NCBI GenBank assembly: GCA_977862235.1
Contig: OZ374565.1
Span: forward strand, 992,001 to 1,056,000
Direction: 5' to 3'
Source: Dudresnaya verticillata
Taxonomy: Eukaryota
Length of the DNA: 64,000 nucleotides
The notes under the pieces were generated by a model. The model was not told the origin of the DNA, searched no databases, and was given only the letters and a program-made list of their open reading frames with translations. Shown here piece after piece: positions 1 through 11,852 of the stretch (positions are counted from its first letter, which is position 1; every line of letters begins with the position of its first letter). Both the position numbers and the translations under genes were made by a program.

Positions 1-2870
1 CTTACACCGCATCTCGCGGGGACGCTTCGCTGGCGGCGCCAGGTTGGCCTCCGTATCTTCCTCTTTGGCCGTACTCTCCTCCAAGTCGGGAATATCCTCA
101 CCATATACCCTTGCGGTAATCATGGTGAGTCTCCTGCCGGTGTCTGCCATGCGTCGACGCAAAGCGCGAATGGTACGCCTTAGGCGCGCCAGGCGCCCGA
201 CCCACAGCACGGCGGTGTTAATGGCTTCGTTCTCCGACGCTGGAAGGGGCATGCCCGCGTCTCTACACCCCTTGCGGAGTCGCTGCAGGGCAGCCCCATC
301 TACGCGCAACTCCGCTTCGGTCCAACTCGGCATCTCCCTCGGGGCATTCTCCTCTTGTTTCACCACCACGAGGTCGATATGATGGGGTGGCCCTCCACCT
401 GGACCCGCAGCAGCCACAAACGTCACGGAGTCACTCGACGCGGGCGACACCGGCTTGGCAACTTCACCCCGCTTCGGTGTAGTGGTCTTCACTGCTACTC
501 CAGGCCGTGTGGTCGCGAGTTCCTCCACTTGGTCGGTCCCCACTGGTGTAGCGTCCTCTTCCATCTCGCAGTCGTCGTGCTCCCCGACAGGACCGAACTT
601 AGCCGCGGTTGCCGCCACTATCGTGGGTTTCCCTACCGCTACGGTATTCGCCGCCTTGTCCAACTTGGTGTTCGCGTTGACCCCCGGCGAGACAGCCGGT
701 TTCGAAGCCCCGATTGGTGTAGATGCTGCGGCCACCCCCGACAAACCCCCCTGCGCCTCGATCTCCGCTCCTACAGGAGGAGACTCCGTTACGGTCTTCT
801 TGGGTGACGAAGTCGTGCGGTCGCCCCACACCTTTATGGCTTCTCCACCAGGGGATTCTCTTGGCACAAGGACCCTTGGGTCCCCGCGCCCCTTCTCAAT
901 CTCGTCAACCCCCACCTGTGTAATCTCGTCTGCAGACGGACTGTCGAGGCGTCCCTGTGGATACGGCACACCGGATGGAGTACCCCACTCACGTGATGGC
1001 GGAGCCCTCGATGGCCCCTCCGTCATGGGGTAGAACCTGGAGCGGGCGCGCATCGCGTGCCAGTTTGACATCTTCTCGTCGATCAACTACGCCGGCTCGG
1101 GGTCTTCTTCCGATAGGAAATACGCCATACCACACCCGGAGTTTTGCGGTGGCACCGACAACACGCGGTCGTCATTCCAATGATAACCGATTAACCCTGG
1201 CGTTCGCTCCCAATTGGTGTCTGCGTGAACCGTGAGGAGGCGTTCCACACGCGCCAAGGGGTATTCGGTCCCCTCAACCAACCGGTCTACTCCAACTTGG
1301 TGTATAAGGGTAACCACCGGCCCTGGTAGCTTGAATATGCGCCCGCACTCGCCACCTTCCGGATCCGTTCTGCTCCGCGGGTACGCCCTCCAGTCGGTCA
1401 TCTTGGTATTGGCTCTTACACCCCTGTAGGTGACCTGTAGCCAGGAGAAGAGGACTAACATGGCCCATTCCGCTTGGAGTATCCGACCCAACACCGTCAT
1501 CAGCGGATGGTCGATTGACTTCTCTCCGCCTGGGTGTGCAGCTTGCCAGTCGCGATGCTGAATGAACCGGTTGGAGAAGTACGCCACCACCGTCGGCGTT
1601 GGCACTGACAACCAACGGGTGACTTCATACTCAGCCCACCAATCCGGAGCGGTGCAGTACAAGCGACGGTGCGCTCCCGGCGGCACCTGAAAGAATTCGT
1701 TGGTGCTCCAAGTGTGGAGTATCGCCCTTCCGAGACGGCGTCCATCTCTACTCCGCAACCGGAGTCGATGCTCTTTCGCTGCATCGTCGGCCCACCGTCG
1801 CGGATTCGCAAACCAGTGAACCCCTTGGTCATACGGCTTCTCGTAGCACAGGAACTCGACACCAACCGGATGCTCTCTCAGTCGATGAGCCATGGCCAAC
1901 AAGCGGCACACCTTATCGGGATAGCCTTCTTCTTCCTGACACCTCAGCCACACGATGTCACACCCGGTTGGAGTTCGCACTCTGCAGTTTGAGTGAATCC
2001 ACCTGGCTCTCCACATCTCCTCACGCCGATTCGGAAATGGCTTGTTGTTGATTAACCCACCGGCGTCAGTAACATCACTGTATCGACGCCCCTCGAGGGT
2101 GCCACCATAGTTGGAAACGAACACCGAAACGGGCATGGGGAGACGCACCATATCGCGCTCCTCCTCGGTACGCTGCCGCCTCCCGGTGCGGTGATCGTAT
2201 TCCCGGCCAGGCCAAGTTCCCTCATCGGTGTAACCTGTCGAGCCCACGCGCCCATGGCAATTCCCCTGCATCCCCGGCGCGTACGGCATTGAACCCGACA
2301 GCGTGCCGCCAACACCCATGTGGAGTGGGGTGAGGTCACGCCACCTCCCACCTGACCAACCTGGAGACCCTGCGCGTACGCCTCATATCGCCCATGCGGA
2401 GTTGCACGACGATATCTCCCAAGCTCCATCTCGGCGTTGGCTTTGGAAGAACCGGGTCGTTGTGCCCCCGGCCCAACCTGTCGATCCGGAAGCAGAGTCG
2501 GCGCCTGTCGAGCCTCGCCGTCATCGCGCCGTCGCGGCACCCTCGGGCTGCCCGCGCGTGCTGTCAGCGTCGGCGTTGTGCCCGCTGCCGCCGCAACTCC
2601 CGCTATGGTGTCCGCGATTCGGCCGCCTTCTTCCTCTTCTGCCTCCGGCGCCGGAGCCGCCCCCACCGACGATGCACGCCGTGTCGGTTGGAAGGGGCTC
2701 CGTGCGTGGTCGGTGTTCCCGCCCGCCATTGCTAGCGGTACACCGGTTTGGACCTGTCCGTTGGTTGACCTGCCTGAAGTGGAGTGTACCGATGAGGCTC
2801 TCTCCGTTGTTGGGTACACCTGAGTGGAGTCGTAGAAGATGTGCTGTGGCGCACGAGGACGTGTCGCCAT
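1..2870 (-). pseudogene. Long antisense accessory ORF of element A (over 900 codons, disrupted), unknown function
   Basis: ORF 2870-2052 appears to frameshift into ORF 2319-1087. After one in-frame stop (1087-1089) the same frame stays open to the window edge (LIDEKMSNW...AELRVDGAALQRLRKGC...ITARVYGEDIPDLEE). Core motifs: TAPDWWAEY...VPTPTVVAYF, LQAEWAMLVLFSWL, RIFKLPGPVV. Confidence 0.7.
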
Positions 2871-2872
2871 TT

Positions 2873-2883
2873 AAGGAGGGGGG
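2873..2883 (+). promoter_or_regulatory. Polypurine tract of element A
   Basis: AAGGAGGGGGG lies 2 nt before the TG start of the LTR. Confidence 0.75.
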
Positions 2884-2885
2884 TC

Positions 2886-3560
2886 TGTGGTGAAGCGGCC
2901 GTTTCGGAGTGCGGGCGACGGTTGAACCGACCCGCTCCCGGCGCACTGGTGAGCTGGCGTCAAAAGCCGAAGCGGAGTGCAGTGACACAGTAGCACTGTA
3001 TGCCCTGCTGGAGTCTGCGCGCACCACCAATAGGAGTCGAGTAGTTGATTTATTTGTAATTAGGTAATTATAATCATGCTGTACAGTACGTAGTGTCAGC
3101 CGGCCAATAAGAATGCCGAGCATGTCCGCAACGGTGACCGGGACCAGTAGGGCCGGACCCACCTGGTGGACCAGACCCATTGGGGTCTGGCCCACACGGA
3201 CCGGGCCGCGGGGCGTATCTCCTAGTATATTAATGGGTGGCCACCGCCAGTCCTACAGTAAACTGGTACGCAACCCTGGGCAAAGTGACTTACCCTAAGC
3301 CTTACCCTCATACTCCTTTACGGTTTCCCCTCGCCAGCCCCGTGCACGGAATCCTCTTACCTCCGTCCCGGTGTAGCTGTCCTGGCACTGTACCGTCCCC
3401 CTTGTCTGTTGCGTCCCTTTACTCCTTACAGGTGTTGCCGCTCGAGGTACTCCCTTCGGTCTACGAACTAAGCTCTACCACCCCGGTGCCGTGTGAGATC
3501 ACTCCGTATTGGGATTGCCTGATCAGCTCTCCTTACAGGTGTGCCTTTCACTTCACCACA
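2886..3560 (+). repeat. 3' LTR of element A (675 bp)
   Basis: TG...CA ends with a perfect 10-bp terminal inverted repeat (TGTGGTGAAG/CTTCACCACA), an adjacent PPT and a TATA-like TATATTAA near 3226. Confidence 0.75.
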
Positions 3561-3690
3561 CGTCCGTACGCCGTTGAGCCGACCGTCCTTGACGTGTCCG
3601 CGCGCTCCAGCGTCGGTTACGATTACCGGTTGGTAGACCTCTTGTGGCACGCTCCGAGCGGAAAAAGGGGCTCACCCCCCTTGCACCACA
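3561..3690 (-). repeat. Remnant of the 3' LTR of - strand element B, interrupted by element A
   Basis: The - strand reads GGAGGAGGG-TCG-TGTGGTGCAAG (PPT 3702-3694, LTR start 3690), the same PPT/LTR geometry as element A. The remnant abuts LTR A at 3560. Confidence 0.6.
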
Positions 3691-4253
3691 CGACCCTCCT
3701 CCAAAAATCGAACATATGTCCGACCCTCAACCTGCTGCCTTGCGCACTCCCGCTTCGTCCTTTCCCGCTCTTGCGCCTTCGCGTCTTGTCTTGGTGCGCC
3801 CGCGTGTGCGTTGCGACCTCGGTCGTGCCGTAAAAGCTCCGCTTTTTTTGCGTGCGGTGCCCGTGCTTCTGCACCTGCGCTGCCCCGACATCACCGCCTG
3901 TGACACATCACGGTCCCCGTCGTTGACGTAGTTCAGATTCCCTCGCTTCTGGCGTTGCGACTCAATAGTCATCGACGTTTTTCTCTTTGTGTATCGCCTT
4001 TGGCGTGGCAACTGAACGTCGTTGACGCGGATTTCTTTTCCTCGCCTGGGGCGTTGCAACAGAACGTCGTTGAGGTACGTTTGTAAGACGTTCGCGAGTG
4101 GGGCAGGTTGGTTTGGATCGCCTGTGGCGTTGAACAGTAATCGTCTTCGACGCACGCTTCGTGAAGTTTTCGCCAGTGGCTCAGGACACTAGTCGTCTTT
4201 GACGTTTTTGCATTCATCTCCAGCGGCGGGAACATATTTTCGTCTTCGACGTT

Positions 4254-5823
4254 ATGCCAACATTCAATGGTATGCAAGTGGGGGCTCCCTCGGCCGCGCC
4301 GGTGTACGCGTCGCCTGTCTACTTTTTCGGGAATAATCCTCTCGATCACGCGCATTTCTTCGCGCGGGCCTCTTGGTTCGACCAGGAGGCTTTGCGCGAT
4401 GAAGCATTGGTCGCTCTTTACGTTACTAGCGGGTTCTTGCCAGGGGGCCTGCCCCTAGGCGTCGTCTGGACGTTTGAGTGGAAGCTGCGCTGTGCCGTTC
4501 CTCCGGAATAGCTTTCGGTGCGAGCTGGACAATCGCGTGCGGATGTCCACGCTCAGTTCGTCTCAGACGTCTATCGGCGCTTCACGCGTTACCCCGGGTT
4601 GGCATTAACGCCGACCATCTTCAACTTTGACGCGGGGCAATATTGGACTGCCGGCGAGGCCGAATATGGTGCTCGTCTTGGGACGTTATCGTTGAAACCC
4701 GTGAGTGTGTCAATCGAGCCTCGCATTTTGGAAGAGGCTTACCTCTTAGGTGTACGCTTAAAAGCGGATTTTCGTTATCTGCAACGGACCGGGACGTTCT
4801 TCTGGGAGCGTTTTATCCGTTGGGAATGTGAAAAGCGTCGCCGAAAGGGCGTGTTTGTCCGTACCGGGACATGCAGGTCGACCGCATTGAGCGAAGTAAG
4901 TTACCCCACTGTTTTGTGAAGGTGCCGCTTGTGTGGCGTGAGTTCAAGATATGCGAAGATTTCGCAGCAGAGCTCCCCCGCGTGTCACGTATCTTGGTTC
5001 CGAGCTGATGAACGGTCCGTATTCGAGATATTGGGTCACGTTGTATATCGAGTGGGTGGCCAACGTAGCATACACGTGGTTATGGGAGGTGAATGACACC
5101 TTCCGTATGTACCACGTGCCGTCGCGTGTGGTCGCCCTTCTTGGCGGCCTCGACTTAGTGGAAATGCTCGGTGGTTCACGAAACTGCCAGGAGTTCTGGA
5201 ACTTGCGCGCTGTTGTGGATATTATTGATTGGAACGACCGAGTTGCCCTTCCGTTAGCCAACAACCGCTGTAAGGCGAATTGTCTGCGTTACGCGATGAG
5301 TCGTACTCATTCCGTCTGTGGCGATTGGATTTGGTTCAACCCTTGGACAAAGCGTCGTACGACGAAGAACATTGCGGAACGCCATCGCAAGACCGATCGC
5401 TTCACGCCGGGTAATCACCCGCGCGGTTTGTGTAAGACCTGTGACTTTGTCGGTGACTTCCCTCCTCATTTCAGCGCCTTGAAGGCGGAAGAGGGCGCTT
5501 TTCACGCCAACGGCGGGCCAGATGACTCGTCTGGGACGGCTATTGCTACGCCTATGGCGGTTGAGTTTTCCGCTGGAGCGGCTGTTCCGTCTACGACGTT
5601 GCCCATGGAGTCTCTTCCGTCGAGTGCGATGCCGACTGGCGTACCAGCGATTGCGCCCTTGGACCTTGGGGCGCCCGTCGCCGACGATAAGGGTGACATC
5701 ATTATTCTTGCGAGTTTACCGTCGACAACGAAGGACGACCTCTATGAAGAGGCGTTGCGCGAGTCCGCCGAGAGCGCTGCTGAGGTTGTGCCAGCCAGCT
5801 TCTTTGCGAAGAAAGAATCTTGA
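4254..5823 (+). pseudogene. Antisense accessory ORF of element B (disrupted), unknown function
   Basis: ORFs 4254-4511 and 4518-4919 share a frame. A short segment in another frame (LPHCFVKVPLVWREFKICEDFAAELP, about 4900-4980) leads into ORF 4951-5823 (PRVTYLGS...LYIEWVANVAYTWLWEVNDTFRMYHVP). It lies between integrase and PPT, antisense to pol. Confidence 0.65.
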
Positions 5824-7210
5824 TGTCGGCTCAGAAACGGATAGCGGATGCGAGAGTGCGTATTGAGATGCCCTTCGGCCCCTCTTCGGGGTCGATGAGC
5901 GGGGGAATTCCCATTCGTCTTTGACGAGGAATGTAGCTGTAGTGGTCGTTAGCTAGGGCGAGGGATTGTCCCCATTTTTTAGCCCAGTAAACTCGGCCGT
6001 TGTCAACATTTTTCCGTGTCGCGTTTCGCGTTGGGGTTGGATTGGTCCCACTTCGACTTTGCGCCGTTTCCTTGATTTCCGCTGCAGTAGCGTTGGCGTT
6101 TGATGCCATTAGTTTCAGCCGCGCGTTGCGCTTCGGTTGCGTTTCGTTGGTAGTGTCCGCTGTAGTAGCGTTTTTCTTCGTTTTGCAAGTGCGGCGTTTG
6201 GCGCATCTTGCTTCTCGTTGTGAAACGTTATTGTCTTGATCGTCGGGAGACGCTGTTCGGGAAGACCCGGTTACGATGACTTAGCGCTTTTGTAGTGCGT
6301 GTGTCGCACTGCGCCTTGGGCGTGTTTGCGTGTAGATGGGGCTGGGTTGAGTCCCTATGCCCCTCACGTTGTCGCTATTACAGCGTATTGTTTTGTGCGG
6401 CGTCAGGGACGAAGATCGCGAATGCGGTGAGGTAGGTGCCTCGACGCCTTGGCGTTGCTGCTCCTTTCGTCTCTGACGTTCCTCTTTGGGGTAGGGAATG
6501 GTCTCCATCGCTTGACTGTGGCCGCGACGGCCGCAGCCAGCGGCGGAGACATTGCGCGATTTGTTGGAGTGTCGTGCACGGAACCCGCGAGAACTGCGTC
6601 TTCAACTACCTTCCCTCCCTTGTCGGTGGGTTCGTCGGTGCGCCCCTTCTTGGCGAGCTACGTTGGAGACGTTCAATGTGTGCTTTCTTGCGCAGCCGTG
6701 GCCGGAAGGGTGACGGTGCCAGGGACTTGGCCGCGGGGCGCGTGGTCACCTCGACGTCGGAGACGGTTGTTGCGCGCTGCCACCTGTCGTTGCTGGTGCT
6801 CGTAGCACCTGCTCAGCCACTTAGCATGAGTGTGTTTGTCGCTCGTTGATTGCTGGGCAGTGCACCCTGCCGTATTTGCCAATCAAAAATTGTCCAATTA
6901 CGCTTTGCTCCTATTACCCGATGGGCACGGGCGGCGGATGTCGATTTGTGATCTGGATCCACTGTCAGACACACACACATCTAGGGTTCCTGTGTGGTGG
7001 CCTCTGCGAGGTGCCCAATAGCGTGGATGTCTATGACGCAACGACTTGCGTCCACGTCCGTCCGTGACGCGCACACGTGTTTGTCGCTACAGCGGGTGCG
7101 GCAGCGTCCTCATGCCACGGGTTGGGCGTACACGCCTTTGGAGACCGTAACTCGAGCACGCGGTCTCGATCGTCCGTCCATTCGCTTCCCGAGGTGTTTC
7201 TGGATTAGGG

Positions 7211-9250
7211 TTAGCCGCGCTGCGCGTCGTCGATGTTTAGCGGCAGGCGCGTGCGTTTTCGGCGGTGGTACCGTGTGACGTGTGATCGCGGCAAATTGGA
7301 GACGGGCGCCCAGGTTTTCGCTGAAGCTGGTTATCCAAATCACTTGACGCGGTAGAGGATCGTATCATCATCCGCGTACGCGTGCAACTCGATGCGTTCA
7401 ATAACGTATTCTTTCCCGATCACAGCGATCAGCTTGGACTGGTTCCCTTCCAGCGCCTTTGGCGGTTCGTCTCGTTGCATGATGGGCGTCTGTACCGGTT
7501 CGGCGAAGCGTACCCGACGGGTTGATTGCCGGAGGTGCTGGGCTTTGGCCTCGGACGCTCGTTCAGCGGTCGCTGTTTTGCTGCATCTTGGGGCGATTCC
7601 ACCGCTTGCAACGACTTGCTTCGTGCTTGCAAGGTTAAATTCTTCGTTATCTGACTTGTCAATCGGTGGTGCCGTAGCGACGTGTTCCAAACGGGTGCGA
7701 ACCCCTGGGGTACTGTCGACGTCGGAGACGGATTACGATGCGCGGTCGTCGGGGTCGGCAGCAAAGGGCGAAAGCTCTGCCAACCCACGACTGCGTGACG
7801 TTGCAATCGTACGCTCTTGCGGATCTCCCGCAGTACACGAAGTCTCTGTGTCACCCTCCGGGTCCGCGGGTGGCATATCTAGGGTATTCGTCCCTTCTTC
7901 TTGTGCCGCGGGGGCGGTTGCGTCTTGCACCTCAGGCGGGCCTGGTGGTACGACGATTGGAGGGCCCGCCTGATCCAGTGGGGTCGGTGCCCATACCACG
8001 CGGTCTCGGGACAAACGTTCCCGCTCTTCACGTCCTTTATCGACGGTCACTGTCTCGTTATCAACGTTAGTTACCCGATATGGTCCGTCCGCCACTGGCG
8101 CCAACTTATGTTTCCGCTCCGCGCGATCAGTGCTCCCGCCTCGGGCGAAGTATTCTTTTCGTACGAATGCGAAGTAGCCTACGGCGATTGCTTCCTTCTA
8201 TTTCCTTAACCATGTATCGAAGTTCCGTTTGTAATGTGCTTGAGTTTTCTCCAACGACGCTTTAGCGGTTCCCATCAGTGCGGGCAGCCAGGTTCGCCAA
8301 TTGGTGTAGTATTGCCCCGCGGTGGGTACGCTTTCGAGCGACGGTTCCGCTTCGAGCGACAATGGCCGTGGTGTCTTAGACAGCACCAGTTCAAACGGAG
8401 CGAGATGCGTAGACGAATGCAACTGTGTGTTGTATGCGAATGTCAAGGTATCCATGAACAGGTCCCAGTCTCTCGGCGGATCCGCACCGTAGTGGCGCAG
8501 CGAGCCCAGGATAGTGTGATTGAATCGTTCTACCTGTCCATTGCATTGCGAATGGTACGTCGTGGTGAAGAGATGCTCCGCCCCCAAAAGACGGCAGATA
8601 TCCTGAAACAACTTAGCCACAAACTGTGGTCCGCAGTCGGACAACAGTTTCTTGGGGGCCGTACACGAAGAACCAATGTCGTACAAACGCCTTAGCGATT
8701 TCCAATGCCGTAATACTACGTAGTGGGACCGTCCGGACCAGTTTCGAGAAGCGGTCCACAATGACGAGTAGGAACTTGTTTCCTCGCTTCGTGCGTATGC
8801 GTTCGCCCAGAATGTCGATCGATACGAACTCGAGAGGCTCGGTTGCCGGGGAACAACTTCATTTGCTTGGTGTTCTTTCGCAACAATATGCGATTCTTAG
8901 CGCAGGTTGCGCAGCTGCGGACGGTCGCATAGTAGTCAACTGGCATCGATGGCCAATAATATTCGCATCGAAGCGTATGATACAACTTACGCCCCCTGGG
9001 TGCCCTGCCAACTTGGCGTGGTGCCGGAGGTGGAGTAAGCGAGCACATAACGCGGAGGGTACGACCACTTGCGGACGTACTTCCACTGTTCGGACCAACA
9101 GGCCCTGTTCATCCTTTGCGAACGGTAAGGAGCTTCCATTATCCAGACGTTTCCTGATTTCGATACAGTATTGGTCATTGCCTTGAGCGTGTACCAAATC
9201 TTCATACATCACTTGACGTAGGATTACCTCATCCGCCTGTGGCGTGTTGT
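7211..9250 (-). pseudogene. Gypsy integrase (HHCC, DDE core, GPY/F) with C-terminal chromodomain
   Basis: Motifs: HHAKLAGHPG...YYWP...CATC; LLSDCGPQF; YHSQCNGQVERFN; LTFAYNT; DGPYRV; chromodomain EYVIERI...YRVK*FG*PASAKTWAPVSNLP; stop at 7211-7213. Confidence 0.92.
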
Positions 9251-9253
9251 TGA

Positions 9254-9651
9254 TCAACACTTGGTCGAACTCTTCAAAGTCTCGTTCGGAGATGTAGACC
9301 TCGCCTTCGGCGTCTGACAGATCGTCTTCTGACTTTTGATGTCCGTCTTCGACGTAGCTTCCGTGATAGCATGGTACATCATCGTCAATGGGTTCGACGG
9401 TTTCCCCTTCTTCTGTACACGCGAAAGGGAATCTGTCTGAGTATTCAGGTACCCCTTTTTGTATTTCACGACGAAGTCGAACTCGGAAAGGCGAATTCGC
9501 CACTGCATTAACCGTCCAGAGGGGTCGCTGATTTCCATCAGCCACCTCAACGATGAATGGTCCGTATGAACGGTGAATGACTCCATCTGGAGGTAGGGTC
9601 GCAACTTCATGACGGACCATACTACTGCGAGGCACTCCTTTTCGGAGACCG
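9254..9651 (-). pseudogene. Gypsy RNase H, C-terminal half (left of the CACTA insertion)
   Basis: VSEKECLAVVWSVMKLRPYLQMESFTVHTDHSSLRWL...GRLMQWRIRLSEFDF is a typical Ty3 RNase H sequence. Confidence 0.92.
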
Positions 9652-9664
9652 CACTACGAGGTCA
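9652..9664 (+). repeat. Left TIR of the CACTA-like element
   Basis: CACTACGAGGTCA. The subterminal CAGAAATGAC at 9729-9738 also occurs at the right end (28201-28210). Confidence 0.9.
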
Positions 9665-10218
9665 CGTTTATTTTCAGCACCAATTTTCAACGTTCCTGAT
9701 CAGGAAAAATCGTTGCTTAAAATTGCCACAGAAATGACACGTCTATAGGTACCAGAAACACTGCTTCGGACCAAACACATTGCCTCCATTTCGCATTAAC
9801 TGTTTACATTCATTGTCCGTTGCTTTCCGGGATGGCAATCAAGACATGTTCCTGGATCCAGTTATTAAGTTAGGTTGGATAAGTCCGATTCGAGGCCCCC
9901 TCACCGGTGATTTCCCGGGACCTGAGACGCTCATCGAGGCGCGGGCCCTAGGTATACCGCGAGGGAATGAAATGCGTTTCTCATATACCCGTATGGGCAT
10001 GCGTGTCGGCCAAAGAGACGCGTCGCGACTCCCCCGCTTGTTTGTTTGCGCCACTAGCCGACATCTATCGACGGTTGTCTACGCAGATATTGCAGTGCAG
10101 TAAACGTTATCGCGCGAGCGCCTGCATCGTGCGGACTCTGAAAGGAGTCCCCCGCTCTCATCCAGGGATACAAGGTATCCTTGCGACGCCAAGTTCAAGC
10201 ACCTCTAGGTATCCTTTA

Positions 10219-11852
10219 CTAATCATCTGGTAAATTACCATTGCCTCTAGTCGATCGACTGAAGCACATCGCTACTCTCTCGAGTACATCTTCGTTCGCT
10301 AAATGTGCAAGCTCCCCACAGAGTTGCTTTCCGCGAGCCTGTACAAAGGGCAGACTAAGGTCCAGGGTTCCAAGATTGGACGTTTCTCGAGCGAGACGGT
10401 TGGACCACATCTTTGTGCTTAACTTCGTCGTTCGACGCCAAGTCAGAACAATTTGTTGGAAAGAGCGACTTTCCGATTCGTGGGGATCTTGTATACACGC
10501 TTTCCTCTGTGTAAGTTTCAAGCGACTGTGATACCTACCATCCACGACGTCGAAAATTCTTGTCCTCCGCGTTATTACTACTGTACGACCCACGTTCCGA
10601 TGACAGCACGATTCCGTGGATCCACGCCCGTGAGCCTTCGGGCAGAAGACGGCGCTGTGTCTAATAAACAGATGGGCAGGAGCTTCATCATTCTTTTCAT
10701 CATAGACGTATCCGCCGAGAATATGAAGAAGATCTTCATTCGCTCCTGACCCACACTTTCGCATCATATCCATTCTATCTGTTACACGAGGTATGTCAAG
10801 GTGCGTACATAGATCGTCGAACGACGCGAAGACTATCTGAAATCGGGGACAGTCTTGCGCTGGGGATTGTGTGTGGCTGAAGCCTGGATAGAAGAAAACC
10901 CTGTCCCTTGTTCGTACATCGGCTCCTATCCATCGCGCGCTGCTTTCAAACTCACCCAGCCCGCAGTCGACAGTGGTTCGCATAACGAAGTAAGCTAGTT
11001 TGTCCTTCCGAGGGACTAAGGTGATACAATCCATTCCCTGGCGCTTGCTCCTGTCTTGAGTCATGTGCACAGTTGTTTTCAGCGCCGCTTGCAACCGTAC
11101 AGCTAGACGTGTTTGCAGGCATGACATAACTCGCTCGAGGCATTGTTGGTCATGGTTGGGACGGTCTCCCTCTTCCAGCCTAGAAATCCTGCGTTCGAAG
11201 AAACTTTTGTGGCCGAGGAGCTCTACTCTCACTTCTGCGTAGTTGTCACGGAGCCGTTGTATTTCCTCCATGCAGTTTCAAATATGACCTTTAGTAGATG
11301 TTCTCATCCGTTTAGAGACTGGCTCCCTCCACTCCTCGTCGTCGTCGGATACTTTTTCATTCTGACGATCGTCTCTAGCAGCAAAACGCCAAGATGGTTT
11401 CGGGTTTCCTTTGCTTCCATCTCTGAAATTATCAAGGTCATTCGCAACGTCTTCATCTAGAGGAGCCTCGTCTTGACATGACAGTAGATACCCTGAGTAG
11501 AACAAAACTTTATCGACCTGCGCAGGGTAATCATTTTCAGAAAGATAGTGGATGACTCCAGTGCCCACCTCCCTGTCCGATAAGTGGCTCCACAAGCAGG
11601 CCATCCGCTGTACACCACACATCAGGGCAGTCTGGATAGTGGTCCATTGTCCATAGGACCTGTATCAATGCAGCAAGTGGCGGCAAGTCCGATCGCGCCC
11701 TCGTAATGCGCCCACCCCCCATGATCACACGGTACAGAAAATACCTCTTGTTCACATCCAGACCCACGCAGCAGTTCCTCTAGATCCGTCCCGTTGGTAG
11801 CAAGAAATGTGGTAAAACCTTGAAGAACAAAAGATTTCCAATGACCGGCCAA
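10219..11852 (-). pseudogene. CACTA cargo ORF 1 (disrupted), unknown protein
   Basis: The 350-aa ORF 11271-10219 is in frame with 11622-11278 across one stop, with frameshifted pieces further upstream. No recognisable domain. Confidence 0.6.

Larger units (their letters stand above)
1..3560 (+). mobile_element. 3' portion of LTR retrotransposon 'A' (Ty3/Gypsy-like, + strand): internal region with antisense ORF, PPT and 3' LTR; 5' part lies outside the window
   Basis: Polypurine tract AAGGAGGGGGG (2873-2883) is followed after 2 nt by TGTGGTGAAG (2886), and the matching inverted end CTTCACCACA ends at 3560. Gypsy affiliation is inferred because a homolog of its antisense ORF lies next to a chromo-integrase in the tandem unit. 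Confidence 0.75.

Noticed and set aside
44..1033. + strand ORFs 44-382, 355-807 and 455-1033 as genes
   Set aside because: They are shadows of the GC-rich - strand frame, which is the one conserved at 41150-41455.
3727..4355. - strand ORFs as an env-like gene of element B
   Set aside because: Short and basic, with no signal peptide or transmembrane segment, and partly overlapping the better-supported + strand antisense gene.
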